Counted from the stretch's first letter, positions 8,203-18,302 are shown. The stretch: 64,000 nt of DNA from Myxococcota bacterium (GCA_965247115.1 CBDFGR010000003.1:2560001-2624000), one strand, 5' to 3'. The notes: generated by a model from the sequence alone, not told the origin. Made by a program: numbers and translations.

Positions 8203-8507
8203 CGCCGGAGCGCAGGGCCGAACTCTACGACTCGATCAGCAATCCCTGTGCCGCCTGCGGATCGGGTGTCACGGCGTCCTGCTTGGAAACTAACGGTTGC
8301 GCGCCACGCGAGAAGCAGATTGGGCGCCTCGCAGACGAGTTCAGAGCTGCTGTCCTGGCCGAGCGAGAGGCGTGCGCGAAAGTGGTAGATCCAGGGTGGC
8401 ATGATTTCCACTCTTGTAACGAGAAGTGCTTCAGAGGGAGGACCATCGCGGCCGAGATCCGCAACCGACCGACGGATACAGACACCGCGGGTCAGCAGGG
8501 CGAGTGA
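8199..8507 (+). CDS. Phage hypothetical protein ('AEREACAKV...IAAEIRNR' motif)
   Basis: SD and ATGA overlap. Confidence 0.7.
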   Translation: MTPERRAELYDSISNPCAACGSGVTASCLETNGCAPREKQIGRLADEFRAAVLAEREACAKVVDPGWHDFHSCNEKCFRGRTIAAEIRNRPTDTDTAGQQGE

Positions 8508-8749
8508 GCCACCCCCCGAAGCGGCCTTGGGACTGGCAGTGGGACAATCGGCGGATCTGGATCGGCGCCAAGGGCACATGGTCTGACTATGCATGTGAGA
8601 TCAGGTTCCAAGACAAGCCCGATGCCGAGGCAAGCGCCGAGCACATCGTCCGCTGCGTGAACTCCCACGACGCTCTCGTAGAGATCGGAGGTAGCGAAGA
8701 CACGGAACTCATCGATACCGAAGAGATGGCGTTAGACAGCGCCGCATGA
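8504..8749 (+). CDS. Phage hypothetical protein, possibly truncated or fused at its C-terminus
   Basis: GTGA overlap; AEHIVRCVNSHDALVE motif followed by an unrelated acidic tail. Confidence 0.55.
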   Translation: MSHPPKRPWDWQWDNRRIWIGAKGTWSDYACEIRFQDKPDAEASAEHIVRCVNSHDALVEIGGSEDTELIDTEEMALDSAA

Positions 8750-8767
8750 CTATAGTAATCATCGTGC

Positions 8768-11338
8768 GTGTTGATGACCGCTGAACGGACGAACGTGACC
8801 GGCGACGCGCGGTTAGAGCATCGCCGACAAAGAAACGGCCGCGCCAATGCGCGGACGAAGGATTGGGAGCACACCGCCTTGGCCGCTTTGCTCTGCACTA
8901 TCCTGGCCTGTGCTAGCGGAGGAGGAGGAGGAAGTGGGCTGCCGTCGATGGATCCGTCACCACCGGATCCACCGGACCCGCCGAACCTGGAAGATCTGGC
9001 GCAGGACTTCTCCCAGGTTTCGGAATTCCGGAACCAGCCCGCTCTGAGCCGGATCAAGGCCAACTATGCCTATGCGCGCGGCGCCACGGGCGCGGGCGTA
9101 ACGGTCGGGGTCATCGACAGTGGTATCGACAGCACCCACCTGGAATTCGAAGGCCCGGGTAAGCTGCACCCGGATTCTGGCTTCTACGATGACTATGACT
9201 CTGGGACGAAGACTCTTCTTACTATCAGCGAACCCACAAGAAGCGAAATTATTCACGGAACCGTGGTGAGCGGCGTTCTCGCGGCGAACCGAAATCCCGC
9301 ACTGACAGACGATGTAAGCATGCACGGTGTCGCGTTCGATGCCCAACTGCTCTCAGTAGGGATCTCGCTCGGGTCCAGCGGTGGAACCTACATCCCCATC
9401 GATCTCAGCAACCCTGGCGATGACCCCTTGCTTGATGAGTTCCCTGCGGCGATTTTTCGCGAAGTGAATTCGCGCGCCGCCACGGTCAATCTCAGCATTG
9501 GGTTCCCTGGCGGGATCGAGCGCTATAGCGAAAGAGAGATCCGCGACGCCTTTCCCCGCTCGATCGAGGCCGTGGCCCAAGCGACGATCCCGGCCGCCGA
9601 GCGGACCATCTACGTATGGGCGGCCGGCAATGCTCGCAACCAACCGCATGCCGACGGGACTCTCGAGCTCGCCGAGTCAGTCGAGATCCTTGCCGGATTA
9701 CCCCACCGGATCCGCGAGCTGCGGGGGCACTCCCTCGCCGTCGTCGCAGTGGACACAGAGACCGGCGTGATCGCGGACTTCTCGAACCGTTGCGGCATCG
9801 CCTATAGCTTCTGCCTGGCCGCACCCGGGACGGACATCAGAGGCCCTTTCCCTGACATCGACGATACCGGAGATGTTTTCTACGCGGACCGTAGCGGCAC
9901 CTCGCTGGCGGCTCCACTGGTGACAGGCGCCGTCGCGCTGCTGACTCAGCGCTACCGAGATCAGCTCGGTGCCTCCGAGATCGTGGCTCGTCTGCTCGAA
10001 ACGGCGAACGATACCGGGATCTACGCCGACCTTGACATATATGGGCAGGGACTGCTCGACCTCGACGCCGCCACGCGGCCACGCGGCCAGACCCGGCTGC
10101 TCACGAGCGGAGCGCTCGCCGGTCCGGCCACCGCCGAAGAGCTCAGCTCCCTGGCGAGTAGCCCTGCGTTTGGCGATGCGCTCGAGCGCGGACTCGCCAA
10201 CCACGAGATCGCCGCCTTCGACGCGCTCGACGCCCCTTTCTTTCGGCCGCTGGGCACGTATCTCAAGACTCCCGCCGCTGCGCGCACCCGTGTCGAGGAT
10301 CGCCTCTGGACGCTTGGCATCGATGCGCGCGGTCCGGCGTGGAATCGGCCCGGATCCCCAGAGTTGCGAATGCGCGTCGATCGCGTACCGATTGGCTACG
10401 GAGACTCTGCTCGACGGAGACGCCTGGGGGCGCTGGGCTCACCGAAGGCCACCGAGGACCGGCTTGGTGCACTCTCTTACTCCCGCCAGGTCGGCGTCGG
10501 CCGGGCGTTCCTGGGACTGCGCAGCCACCCCGGCTGGAGCTTCGGTCTGTACGCGGCGGGTGTAGTCGAGCCCGGGACCTTCAGCGACGATGGCGTATTC
10601 GCCAGCCCTTTCCTTGCGTTGGCGCGCGACGGAGGCGTCGCGGGACTAGAGCTACCGCTGATCGCGGGAGCAATCCGAGTAGCCGCCTTCCGCGGCGCAG
10701 CGCAGTGGGGTGAGCGCCGCGATCCGGACGATGGCCGCAGTGCCGGGGCCATGCTGGAGTACCGGCTTCCGGAGCGTTCCGGCTCTGGCGCGACCCTCCA
10801 GGCTGGCTGGCTGCAAGAGTCCGAGCGCCTGATGGGTAGCCGCTCGAGGGGCGCGTTCGGTGCCCTGCGCGGCCGCACTGCGTTCGCGGGTGTGTCTGCT
10901 CATGTCCAGCTGGGCGCGCGCTGGACCGTGTTCGCCACTGCGCATGCCGGCTGGACCCGCCCGGAGATCTCCGGGCGGGGATTGCTTCGCCGCTTGTCCC
11001 CGCTCTGGACGAGCTCGTTCGGGCTGGGGATCACCGGCCGGAGCGTCTGGGACCGGCGCGACCGCCTGTCGCTGCGACTTTCGCAGCCGCTGCGCGTGGA
11101 ATCGGGTCAGCTCTCGCTGCGCTGGGCCACGGGTCGTACGCGGGACCGACGAGTGCGTACCGATGAGCTAGCGCTGAGTCTGGAGCCCTCGGCGCGCCAA
11201 ATCGACTTGGAACTCGTCTATGCGCGCCCGTGGGCCGGAGGGTCGGCCCACTTCGCCGCAGTCGCCGTGCACGATCCAGACCACACCCGCGACGCGGCCG
11301 AGCTCGCGCTGCTCTTCCGGTACGGCTGCAAGTTCTGA
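8768..11338 (+). CDS. S8 subtilisin-like serine peptidase with C-terminal beta-barrel-like region (autotransporter-like)
   Basis: VIDSG (Asp), HGT (His), AAGN, GTSLAAP (Ser); terminal Phe; start position uncertain. Confidence 0.88.
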   Translation: MLMTAERTNVTGDARLEHRRQRNGRANARTKDWEHTALAALLCTILACASGGGGGSGLPSMDPSPPDPPDPPNLEDLAQDFSQVSEFRNQPALSRIKANYAYARGATGAGVTVGVIDSGIDSTHLEFEGPGKLHPDSGFYDDYDSGTKTLLTISEPTRSEIIHGTVVSGVLAANRNPALTDDVSMHGVAFDAQLLSVGISLGSSGGTYIPIDLSNPGDDPLLDEFPAAIFREVNSRAATVNLSIGFPGGIERYSEREIRDAFPRSIEAVAQATIPAAERTIYVWAAGNARNQPHADGTLELAESVEILAGLPHRIRELRGHSLAVVAVDTETGVIADFSNRCGIAYSFCLAAPGTDIRGPFPDIDDTGDVFYADRSGTSLAAPLVTGAVALLTQRYRDQLGASEIVARLLETANDTGIYADLDIYGQGLLDLDAATRPRGQTRLLTSGALAGPATAEELSSLASSPAFGDALERGLANHEIAAFDALDAPFFRPLGTYLKTPAAARTRVEDRLWTLGIDARGPAWNRPGSPELRMRVDRVPIGYGDSARRRRLGALGSPKATEDRLGALSYSRQVGVGRAFLGLRSHPGWSFGLYAAGVVEPGTFSDDGVFASPFLALARDGGVAGLELPLIAGAIRVAAFRGAAQWGERRDPDDGRSAGAMLEYRLPERSGSGATLQAGWLQESERLMGSRSRGAFGALRGRTAFAGVSAHVQLGARWTVFATAHAGWTRPEISGRGLLRRLSPLWTSSFGLGITGRSVWDRRDRLSLRLSQPLRVESGQLSLRWATGRTRDRRVRTDELALSLEPSARQIDLELVYARPWAGGSAHFAAVAVHDPDHTRDAAELALLFRYGCKF

Positions 11339-11402
11339 AACTAAGTCAGATCGGTCGTAAGATCCGAGTGGTAGGTTGAAGTCGGACCGACTGGAGGAAG
11401 AG

Positions 11403-12701
11403 ATGATGAAAGCGGCAGTGTTCCTACTAATTCTGATACTTACCACAATGGATTCATCGGCAGAGGAGACTCCCACGCTCCTAAGCAACCCAGGTGACTA
11501 CAAGTCTGACAGTCACTTCCATCTGCTTGATTTCTTGCAAAACGGAGAGTTCCTGAATACGGATGGCAAGTTTCCGGGTACAGAGTGGGGCCTGACCACG
11601 AGCGGTCGTTATTCGACGCTTCCCTTTGGGGAGAGAGGGAGAAGAATTGAAGCGCTGCTTCGGGGAATGGAAGCGGCGAGAGTGGACCACGTCATGGTGT
11701 CGGGAATGCCATTTGTCAAGAAGTGGTCGGAGAATGAGCCCTTCATGAGACCAAAGTATTACCTCGACAGCAGCTCAACAGTAAAGCGTGCACGCGATAC
11801 CGACATCACCATTGCCCACGCCATTCTCGACTATCAGAGAAAACATGCTGACGACCCTGCCCAGCTCTCAGAACTCCGAAAGATACATCCGTTCATCACG
11901 GGTTTTGATGGAACCGATCTTGGTGCGGTCGATCTCATCGTGAAACGGATCAAGGAGTTCCCTGGAATCTGGCAAGGGATAGGCGAGGTGATGTCGCGCC
12001 ATGATGATCTCACGAGTCTGACTCTCGGGGAAAGACCTCGTGCCGACCACCCGGCGCTCGTGCGTGTCTGCCGGTTCGCAGGAAAACACTTTCTTCCGGT
12101 AAGCATTCATCACAACATCGCGCCGATCTCGAGAAATCCGACTGAAATCCAGGCACCACTCTATCTCGACGAGCTGGTTCGACTGTTTCGTCACTGTCGC
12201 TGGAAAGATGGTGACCGAGATTACACAACTCGGTTTATCTGGTGCCATGCGGGCATCAGCAGACGAATCAACATTGAGAATCTCCCGTTCTGGATAGAAG
12301 CGGTCCTCAAAGACTCGGGAGATCAAGTTTCCATCGATCTGTCGTGGGTTGTCTTAGCCGACTACATATATGAGGATCTGGACCGGTGGGTCCGATTGAT
12401 AAAGCAGTACCCAGATCGATTCATGATCGGATCGGACGCAGTTGGTGGTGCCAGTAAGCTCAAACAAGAGCTCAGCAACTTTGACCCGCTGTTGGCGAAG
12501 TTGCCCTCGGATATCAGAGTCAAAGTCGCTCATGCCAACTTCGCCAATCTGATGCAAGAAATGGCAGCAATGAGGGCGAAGGCAGGGCTGGGAGAAGAGG
12601 GGATCGTATTGGACTACGAATACGAGTTTCCGGAGTATGGCAATACTGGACGGCTGTCCAAATCGGAGTCTTTTACTCGTTCCAGAGAGGAACTCGAATA
12701 G
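11403..12701 (+). CDS. Secreted amidohydrolase-family (TIM-barrel) protein
   Basis: Signal peptide; DSHFH, GIGE, IHHN, WCHAG, MIGSD metal-ligand motifs. Confidence 0.82.
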   Translation: MMKAAVFLLILILTTMDSSAEETPTLLSNPGDYKSDSHFHLLDFLQNGEFLNTDGKFPGTEWGLTTSGRYSTLPFGERGRRIEALLRGMEAARVDHVMVSGMPFVKKWSENEPFMRPKYYLDSSSTVKRARDTDITIAHAILDYQRKHADDPAQLSELRKIHPFITGFDGTDLGAVDLIVKRIKEFPGIWQGIGEVMSRHDDLTSLTLGERPRADHPALVRVCRFAGKHFLPVSIHHNIAPISRNPTEIQAPLYLDELVRLFRHCRWKDGDRDYTTRFIWCHAGISRRINIENLPFWIEAVLKDSGDQVSIDLSWVVLADYIYEDLDRWVRLIKQYPDRFMIGSDAVGGASKLKQELSNFDPLLAKLPSDIRVKVAHANFANLMQEMAAMRAKAGLGEEGIVLDYEYEFPEYGNTGRLSKSESFTRSREELE

Positions 12702-12843
12702 GATGACTAGGTTCTGATGCCATTCACAAACCTTGTGCTAGTAGACCAATCCCCCTTTGAGATGCTCTCCTGACCAGAAAGTCCGCGTTGATAGGCAAGC
12801 TTGTGCCCTATTCGGCGCTGTCAGCTGTGTGGAGGAAAAGAGC

Positions 12844-13808
12844 ATGAGATGCGTTGTCTCATTTTTGACTTGCGTGATCGCAATAAGTCCATTCTCCAGC
12901 AGTCTGGCGCGGGCTGGTTCGGGCTTGTATCTCAGCAGCGAGTTGGGAGCCAACTTCGCCCCGTCCGTGGATACCACCGGCAGCAGCAACGACCGGGCCA
13001 GCGTATGCGATGAGTTCATCAATCCAATGTTCTCCACAGTCACGCAAACTCCGGGATACGCCAGCTACAACTGTACGGGCCCCAATCGCGGTGCGACTGG
13101 AGACTGGAAGAACAAGTTCGACCGTGCCGAGGGCATTCTAGCCGGAGCGGCGCTGGGGTATCGCCTGAGCGATAAATATCCGGATAGTCTTCTGGGCCGG
13201 TTCCGTCTTGAGTTGGAGTATTTCTACCGGAACTCGGAGTATGATGAGACTTCCGACATCCCTGGTGCAGCGGGCGAGAGCGGCGACAAGCTCGTCCAGG
13301 AAATTCGGACAGCGACGGACCGGATAGATAGCATCACCTCTCACAACCTATTCGGGAACCTGTACTTCGACTTTGTGAACAGCAGCCGTTTTACCCCTTA
13401 CGTCGGTTTTGGGGTCGGCGTCGGCTTCACCGACATGGACTATGGAAGTGTGTGGACGCGGAACTCCGATGTAAACAGGATCACCACGGAGGAAGGTCTG
13501 CCCAACGCGGCCGAGATTCGCCAGAATCTGGCCGGAACATCCAGCTTCGCGCACACCGAACTCAGCGACACGCTCTTCGGCTATCAGGTGCTGTTCGGGG
13601 TCGATTATGCGCTGACGGAGTCAATATCTCTTGGCGTTAAGGGCCGCTGGATCCACTTTGATTCCTTCAGGGGCCGTATTGTCTGGGATCCCTGCGGAGT
13701 CACGGACCCAACTTGCGGAGCGACGGATCGGAACCAGTGTCGGGTAGGATCAAGACCAACGATATCGAGATGTTCGGGGTCAGCGTGAATCTCAAGTACC
13801 ACTTCTAG
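12844..13808 (+). pseudogene. Outer-membrane beta-barrel protein (opacity/Msp2-like) with a 1-nt frameshift at ~13690
   Basis: GNLYFDF...FTPYVGFGVG; adding one C to CCC at 13690-13692 gives WDPLRSHGPNLR...FGVSVNLKYHF*, a canonical barrel C-terminus. Confidence 0.8.
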
Positions 13809-13994
13809 GCAGATCCGTGTCCGACCGTTTCGGCTGGATCTCATTTCTCCTTGAATATCGAACGCCGAACTGAGGGGGGGGTCAGTTTCCACGATGCGAC
13901 GGAGGCCCTCTACCGGACGGTGCACGGGAGAACCATCGACCTCTGCGCGGACCACACGCAAACCAAAGTGGGCATGCATCCACCCTGTTTGTAC

Positions 13995-16661
13995 TCAGAA
14001 CTCGGCGGAGATGCGTACGTACCAGAAGGCGCCGTTGTAGTCCCAGGGCGTGCTCTCGGGGTGGAGATTGCCCTGTCCCAGTGTCTCGCCGACGGGAGCC
14101 CTGGGGACCTGGTCAAAGATGTTCTGCATGCCCACGTTCAAGCGATAGTGGTCATAGAAAGCGTAGCCGATCTCGGCATCGGCAATCCACTCGCCGTCGA
14201 AGGAGTCGAGATAGTCGTCACCAGAACTCGACGCGCAGCTGTTGCTTTGGAACCGACAGGCCTTCCAGTCGTCGAAGTAACTGAGCCGCAGCAGGGCGCT
14301 CCATTGGCCGATCCGGTGACGACCGATGAGTACTAGGCGGTGCTCGGGATTCAGGTCCTCGATCTCTACCTCGCGCCGGCGCGTGAGCAAGTTTACGCTG
14401 AGCGGCTGGTCGAGCAGGGCCTTGCCGGGAAACGAAATGACCTGTCGCGGCGGCGAGAACTCGTCGAGCTCCGTCTTCGTCCAGTTATAGGCCAGGCTGA
14501 CATCCGTTTTGTTGTCGCTGTCCCAGTCGTGCGACCAGGTAAGCACCAGGTCGATGCCGCGCGTGCGGGTGTCGAAGTCATTGGCGAAAAACTTAATCTC
14601 CTTGAGCTCGCCCACTCCCGCGAAAACGTCCTGATCTTTGATCAGACGCGCGATCTCGTCGGTGATCGAGATATTCCCGGTCAGCGCGATGCGGTCTTCG
14701 ATGAGAATGTCGAAGTAGTCGAGCGTCAGATTCAGATCCTCGGCGAGCTCGATCACGACGCCAAACGAGAAGCTGAAGGCCTCCTCCTCTGTGAGCTCCT
14801 CGCCGCCCAGGGCCGACGCGACCGGATCCGTGGGTGGGAGCTGGCCCGACTCGATCAGACCGCCATCGCCGGAGAACGTCGTGGTCAGGAGGCGGAGATT
14901 CGCCTGCCCCGGCGAAGGCGCGCGGAAGCCCGTGCTGGCCGTCGAGCGTAGGGAGATCCGGTCCGCGACCCGCCACAGCGCGGAGAGCTTGCCCTTGAGG
15001 GTGTCGCCGAAGTCGTCGTAGAAATCTTCGTAGCGCACGGCCACGCCGAGCAGAAGCGTGTCGATCACGTCCGCTTCCAGATCCAGGTAGAGCGCGTAGT
15101 TCGGCCGGTCCCACGCGCCTGCGAACTTCGGGTTCAGGCCCTGATAGCCGTTGGAGCCGACGCTGAAACCTTCCGCGCTGTATGCACCCGGCTCGTATGA
15201 CTTCGGGTCTCCGGGCTTGGTTTCAAAGGTCTCCTCGCGCCATTCTGCGCCCCAGGCGATGTTAAGCGGAGACGTAAGGAAGCCCAGCTCCAGCGGGTAC
15301 GCGAACTCGAGGTTGAGCGAGACTTCCGTCTGGAGGTAGTCCCGCGGGCGGAACGAGGTCGGCGTGTCTGGCCCCAGCGAGGCGTTGATCGTGTTGTACA
15401 GGAAGAACTCAATGTTACTGTGGCCATAGCTCACACTGGCATCCCAGCGCAGTCCGCTGGCGAACTCGCCTCGCACGCCCGCGACCCCGCTCCAGTCGGT
15501 GATATCCGCCCCAAAGCGCGGCGTGAAGCCGCCGGGGAAATACTCGTTGAACAGGAAGCACCGGCCCGAGTTGGCGTCCACGAAACTCTCTACGGTGGCA
15601 AAATCGGCCGCCAACGGCGGCAGCCCGGCGGCGCAATCGACGGCGTCGGTCGGATCGAGATCAGCGACCACACGCTCCGTGCCGCTGCGAAACACGCCGC
15701 TACGCGCGCTGGAGGTGCCCGGAGCTCGGAAGAAGAAGCCCCCCTCATTCGTACGCTCGGCGTAACCGCCAAAGGCGTACGCCTCAACTCCACTACCGAG
15801 CTCGATGCCGGAGTTGACAAAGAAGCTCCACGCGTTTTCTACCTCGGGGCTGCCCCAGATCTGTGCCAGGCTCGCGATGGGATAGCCCCGTCGAATCAGC
15901 TCCGCGGCATTGGCGCGCGTTCCACTGCGTACGGTCGGCTCGGCGTCGCGGTACTCCATGCTCAGGTTAAGAAAGCCGGCTTGGGTCAATGGCAGACCAA
16001 TGTTGCCAGCAATCTGCAGCGTCTCGCCGTCGTTGCGCTGGAGAAACTCGCCGTAGCGCGCCTCAAGGGAGATGCCCTCATTGGCGTCCTTCAGCCTGTA
16101 GTTAAGCACACCGGCGATGGCGTCGGAGCCGTACTGTGCCGAGGCTCCATCCCGGAGCAGCTCGATCTGCTCGATGGCGATGGTCGGGATCACGCTCAGG
16201 TCCGGTCCCTGCGAACCCGTGTTGAGCGATGTGCCGAGCAACGCGATCACGCCAGAGCGATGGCGGCGCTTGCCGTTGACGAGCAGGAGCGTGTTATCCG
16301 GCGGCAGGCCTCGCAGCGTGGCGGGGCGTACCAACGTCGCCTCGTCGTCGATCCCGTGCCGTTGCACATTGTACGATGGAGACAGAGTGCGCAAGATGTC
16401 ATCCATGTCGGTGCCTGCCTGCGCACGCAGGTCCTCCGAGCCCAGCACGTCGATCGGCGCGGGCGACGCCAGCACCGAGCGGGGGGCCCGGCGCGAGCCC
16501 ACTACCACGATGGCCTCGATCTTCTCGGGAGGCTCCGGCGCATCGATCGAGTCCTCCTCCGCCTGTGCCTCAGCCATGGGCAACCCGCCGAGTGCGAACA
16601 CCAAAACGAGCGTGCCCAAGCCCCCCCTGGTAGCGCGCAGCGTTTCTGGCGCTTCTCGCAT
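13995..16661 (-). CDS. TonB-dependent receptor
   Basis: IVVVGSRR TonB-box region; plug motifs LRGL..LLLVNGKRRH and GASAQYGSDAIAGVLN; terminal F; SD before ATG 16661. Confidence 0.93.
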   Translation of the reverse strand: MREAPETLRATRGGLGTLVLVFALGGLPMAEAQAEEDSIDAPEPPEKIEAIVVVGSRRAPRSVLASPAPIDVLGSEDLRAQAGTDMDDILRTLSPSYNVQRHGIDDEATLVRPATLRGLPPDNTLLLVNGKRRHRSGVIALLGTSLNTGSQGPDLSVIPTIAIEQIELLRDGASAQYGSDAIAGVLNYRLKDANEGISLEARYGEFLQRNDGETLQIAGNIGLPLTQAGFLNLSMEYRDAEPTVRSGTRANAAELIRRGYPIASLAQIWGSPEVENAWSFFVNSGIELGSGVEAYAFGGYAERTNEGGFFFRAPGTSSARSGVFRSGTERVVADLDPTDAVDCAAGLPPLAADFATVESFVDANSGRCFLFNEYFPGGFTPRFGADITDWSGVAGVRGEFASGLRWDASVSYGHSNIEFFLYNTINASLGPDTPTSFRPRDYLQTEVSLNLEFAYPLELGFLTSPLNIAWGAEWREETFETKPGDPKSYEPGAYSAEGFSVGSNGYQGLNPKFAGAWDRPNYALYLDLEADVIDTLLLGVAVRYEDFYDDFGDTLKGKLSALWRVADRISLRSTASTGFRAPSPGQANLRLLTTTFSGDGGLIESGQLPPTDPVASALGGEELTEEEAFSFSFGVVIELAEDLNLTLDYFDILIEDRIALTGNISITDEIARLIKDQDVFAGVGELKEIKFFANDFDTRTRGIDLVLTWSHDWDSDNKTDVSLAYNWTKTELDEFSPPRQVISFPGKALLDQPLSVNLLTRRREVEIEDLNPEHRLVLIGRHRIGQWSALLRLSYFDDWKACRFQSNSCASSSGDDYLDSFDGEWIADAEIGYAFYDHYRLNVGMQNIFDQVPRAPVGETLGQGNLHPESTPWDYNGAFWYVRISAEF

Positions 16662-17025
16662 TCCTCTTCCCTCAGAGAGCGGCTTTGCCGGATAGTCCGT
16701 TGACGGCAGGGTACTGTAACGGACACGTAACGCACGACTCCCAAAAGCCGGAGAAACTCCGGAGGCGTCGAAGGGATCGGGCAAGCTCCTTTGTGCTGCC
16801 GTTGTCGCGGGCTACAGGCTTGCGCGCACCGGTATGGGGCGGAAGGCGGCCGCGGGCCTCTCGCTCGTGTCTGCACGGCCCCTGCCACGTGGCCGGCAGG
16901 AACCGTCGCGTCGAGGGTCCGTCCGACCCTACCCGCATGGACGGGGTCGATGGCGCGGGCGGCGTTTCCGTGGTATTGCTGGGGCAACCGCGGAATACCG
17001 CTCCCCATTTGCCAGGAGGGTCGCA

Positions 17026-17637
17026 ATGCCCGTGACCAACTTGTCGGATTTGCGCACCTTGTACCCGCCGCCGAAGGCGCAGGCCGGGCTCAAGGTCTTG
17101 GACTACCTGGACGTCCACTGCAGGGACTTTATCGCGCTCTCCCCGTTCTACGTAATCAGCTCTGCCCGAGCGGACGGCCGGGCCGACGCCTCGCCCCGGG
17201 GAGACCCGCCGGGATTGCTGGCGACGGTGTTGGACCCGAAGACCCTGCTTTTGCCGGATCGGCCGGGAAACCGTCAGGTTGACACGATGCAGAACCTGTT
17301 GGAGCGGCCCTATGTGGGGTTGCTGTTTTTCGTTCCAGGAATGACGGAAACCTTGCGCGTCAACGGCAAGGCGGAAATAGCAACCGATCCGGAATTGCTG
17401 GCGCCGTTGGCGGTGAGAGATAGAGCGCCGGTTTCCGGCCTGATAGTCACGGTAGAGGAGGCCTTCCTCCATTGTGCCAAGGCCCTGATCCGGGCTCGCC
17501 TTTGGGATGTTGACAGTCAGATCAACCGCTCGAACTATCCTACCTACGGCCAGGTGCTGGCGGAGCAGATCGCTGGATCCGACGGCGCCAAGATCGACGC
17601 CGGGGAAGCCGCGAGCTGTCGGGACGAACTCTATTAA
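17026..17637 (+). CDS. Pyridoxamine 5'-phosphate oxidase-like FMN-binding protein (MSMEG_1061-like)
   Basis: DASPRGDPPG, PDRPGNRQVD, ETLRVNG, HCAKALIRARLW. Confidence 0.88.
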   Translation: MPVTNLSDLRTLYPPPKAQAGLKVLDYLDVHCRDFIALSPFYVISSARADGRADASPRGDPPGLLATVLDPKTLLLPDRPGNRQVDTMQNLLERPYVGLLFFVPGMTETLRVNGKAEIATDPELLAPLAVRDRAPVSGLIVTVEEAFLHCAKALIRARLWDVDSQINRSNYPTYGQVLAEQIAGSDGAKIDAGEAASCRDELY

Positions 17638-17781
17638 CGGGCTCTCGGTGAGGGCACCCGCGGAGCGTCCGGTGGATGGATCGGTTTCGAATTGCACTGG
17701 GTCGGCCGTGGAGAATTCGGAGCTTGACGCCGCCCAAGCTCCCGATGGTAGGATGACGACCTCAAACAACGGGAGGACGAC

Positions 17782-18177
17782 ATGGACCTGAGCCAGTCTG
17801 CGTTTTCTGTCAGCCACGCTGCCGACGCAAAGGTAGAGAACTTCGATCCGGACGGCATCTTCAAGATACGCGACTTGGGCGTCAAAGGGGTCACAGACGG
17901 GAATGTGGAGGCCCGCATTCTATCGGCGGCTCAACCGTGTCCCGGCAACCTTGGGCGGCACCGACACGATGTTGAACTCCAGGTGTTTTATGTGCTCAAG
18001 GGGTGGGCCAAGTTCCATTTCGAAGGCACCGGTGAGGTTGAGGTGACGGCAGGCTCCTGCGTGAACATGCCCGCAGGCATCGTCCACGACTTGCTGGAGC
18101 ACACCGAGGATTTTGAGTTCCTCGAGATCATCGCGCCATCCCAGCACGACACGGAGTGGATAAAGGCGGTGGAGTAG
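17782..18177 (+). CDS. Cupin domain protein
   Basis: HRH...QVFYVLKG...GSCVNMPAGIVH. Confidence 0.88.
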   Translation: MDLSQSAFSVSHAADAKVENFDPDGIFKIRDLGVKGVTDGNVEARILSAAQPCPGNLGRHRHDVELQVFYVLKGWAKFHFEGTGEVEVTAGSCVNMPAGIVHDLLEHTEDFEFLEIIAPSQHDTEWIKAVE

Positions 18178-18302
18178 ACCGACCCCTCGAATAAGGGGCC
18201 AGCCTTTCCGGGTCCCCCGGGGAGGGGCCTCGCGCCCGGATGGCATTCTAGTGCCTTCCGGTTTACCACCTCGCCAGATTCTGAGTGTCCTGGTCGTCGA
18301 TT

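Larger units (their letters stand above)
5745..8492. repeat. Seven dispersed palindromic junction repeats, consensus RCCGACGG-N9-CCGTCRGT
   Basis: GACGG(-like) arms at 5748, 6071, 6148, 6530, 7763, 8166, 8471, each with a 9-nt spacer and followed by an SD-like sequence and a start codon (ATA at 7796). Confidence 0.85.
4454..8749. mobile_element. Remnant of a tRNA-Lys-integrating phage/element (early-gene region only)
   Basis: att core, arm-like repeats, two phage-type MTases and tightly coupled small genes; ends abruptly near 8.7 kb. Confidence 0.7.

Noticed and set aside
5745..8506. Junction repeats as a CRISPR array or classical integron attC sites
   Set aside because: Spacing is 77-1233 bp and gene-sized, the repeats are short and degenerate, there are no RYYYAAC/GTTRRRY ends, and no IntI is present.
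16662..17025. Riboswitch upstream of the TonB-dependent receptor
   Set aside because: Hairpins are present (e.g. GTCCGTT...AACGGAC) but I could not match cobalamin, TPP or c-di-GMP consensus; an Infernal/Rfam scan is needed.
18178..18302. Left att copy of the tRNA-His 3' end
   Set aside because: Only a weak CTTCCGG...ACCAC resemblance; the 8-bp TGGGGTGG near 5740 is too short to be meaningful.
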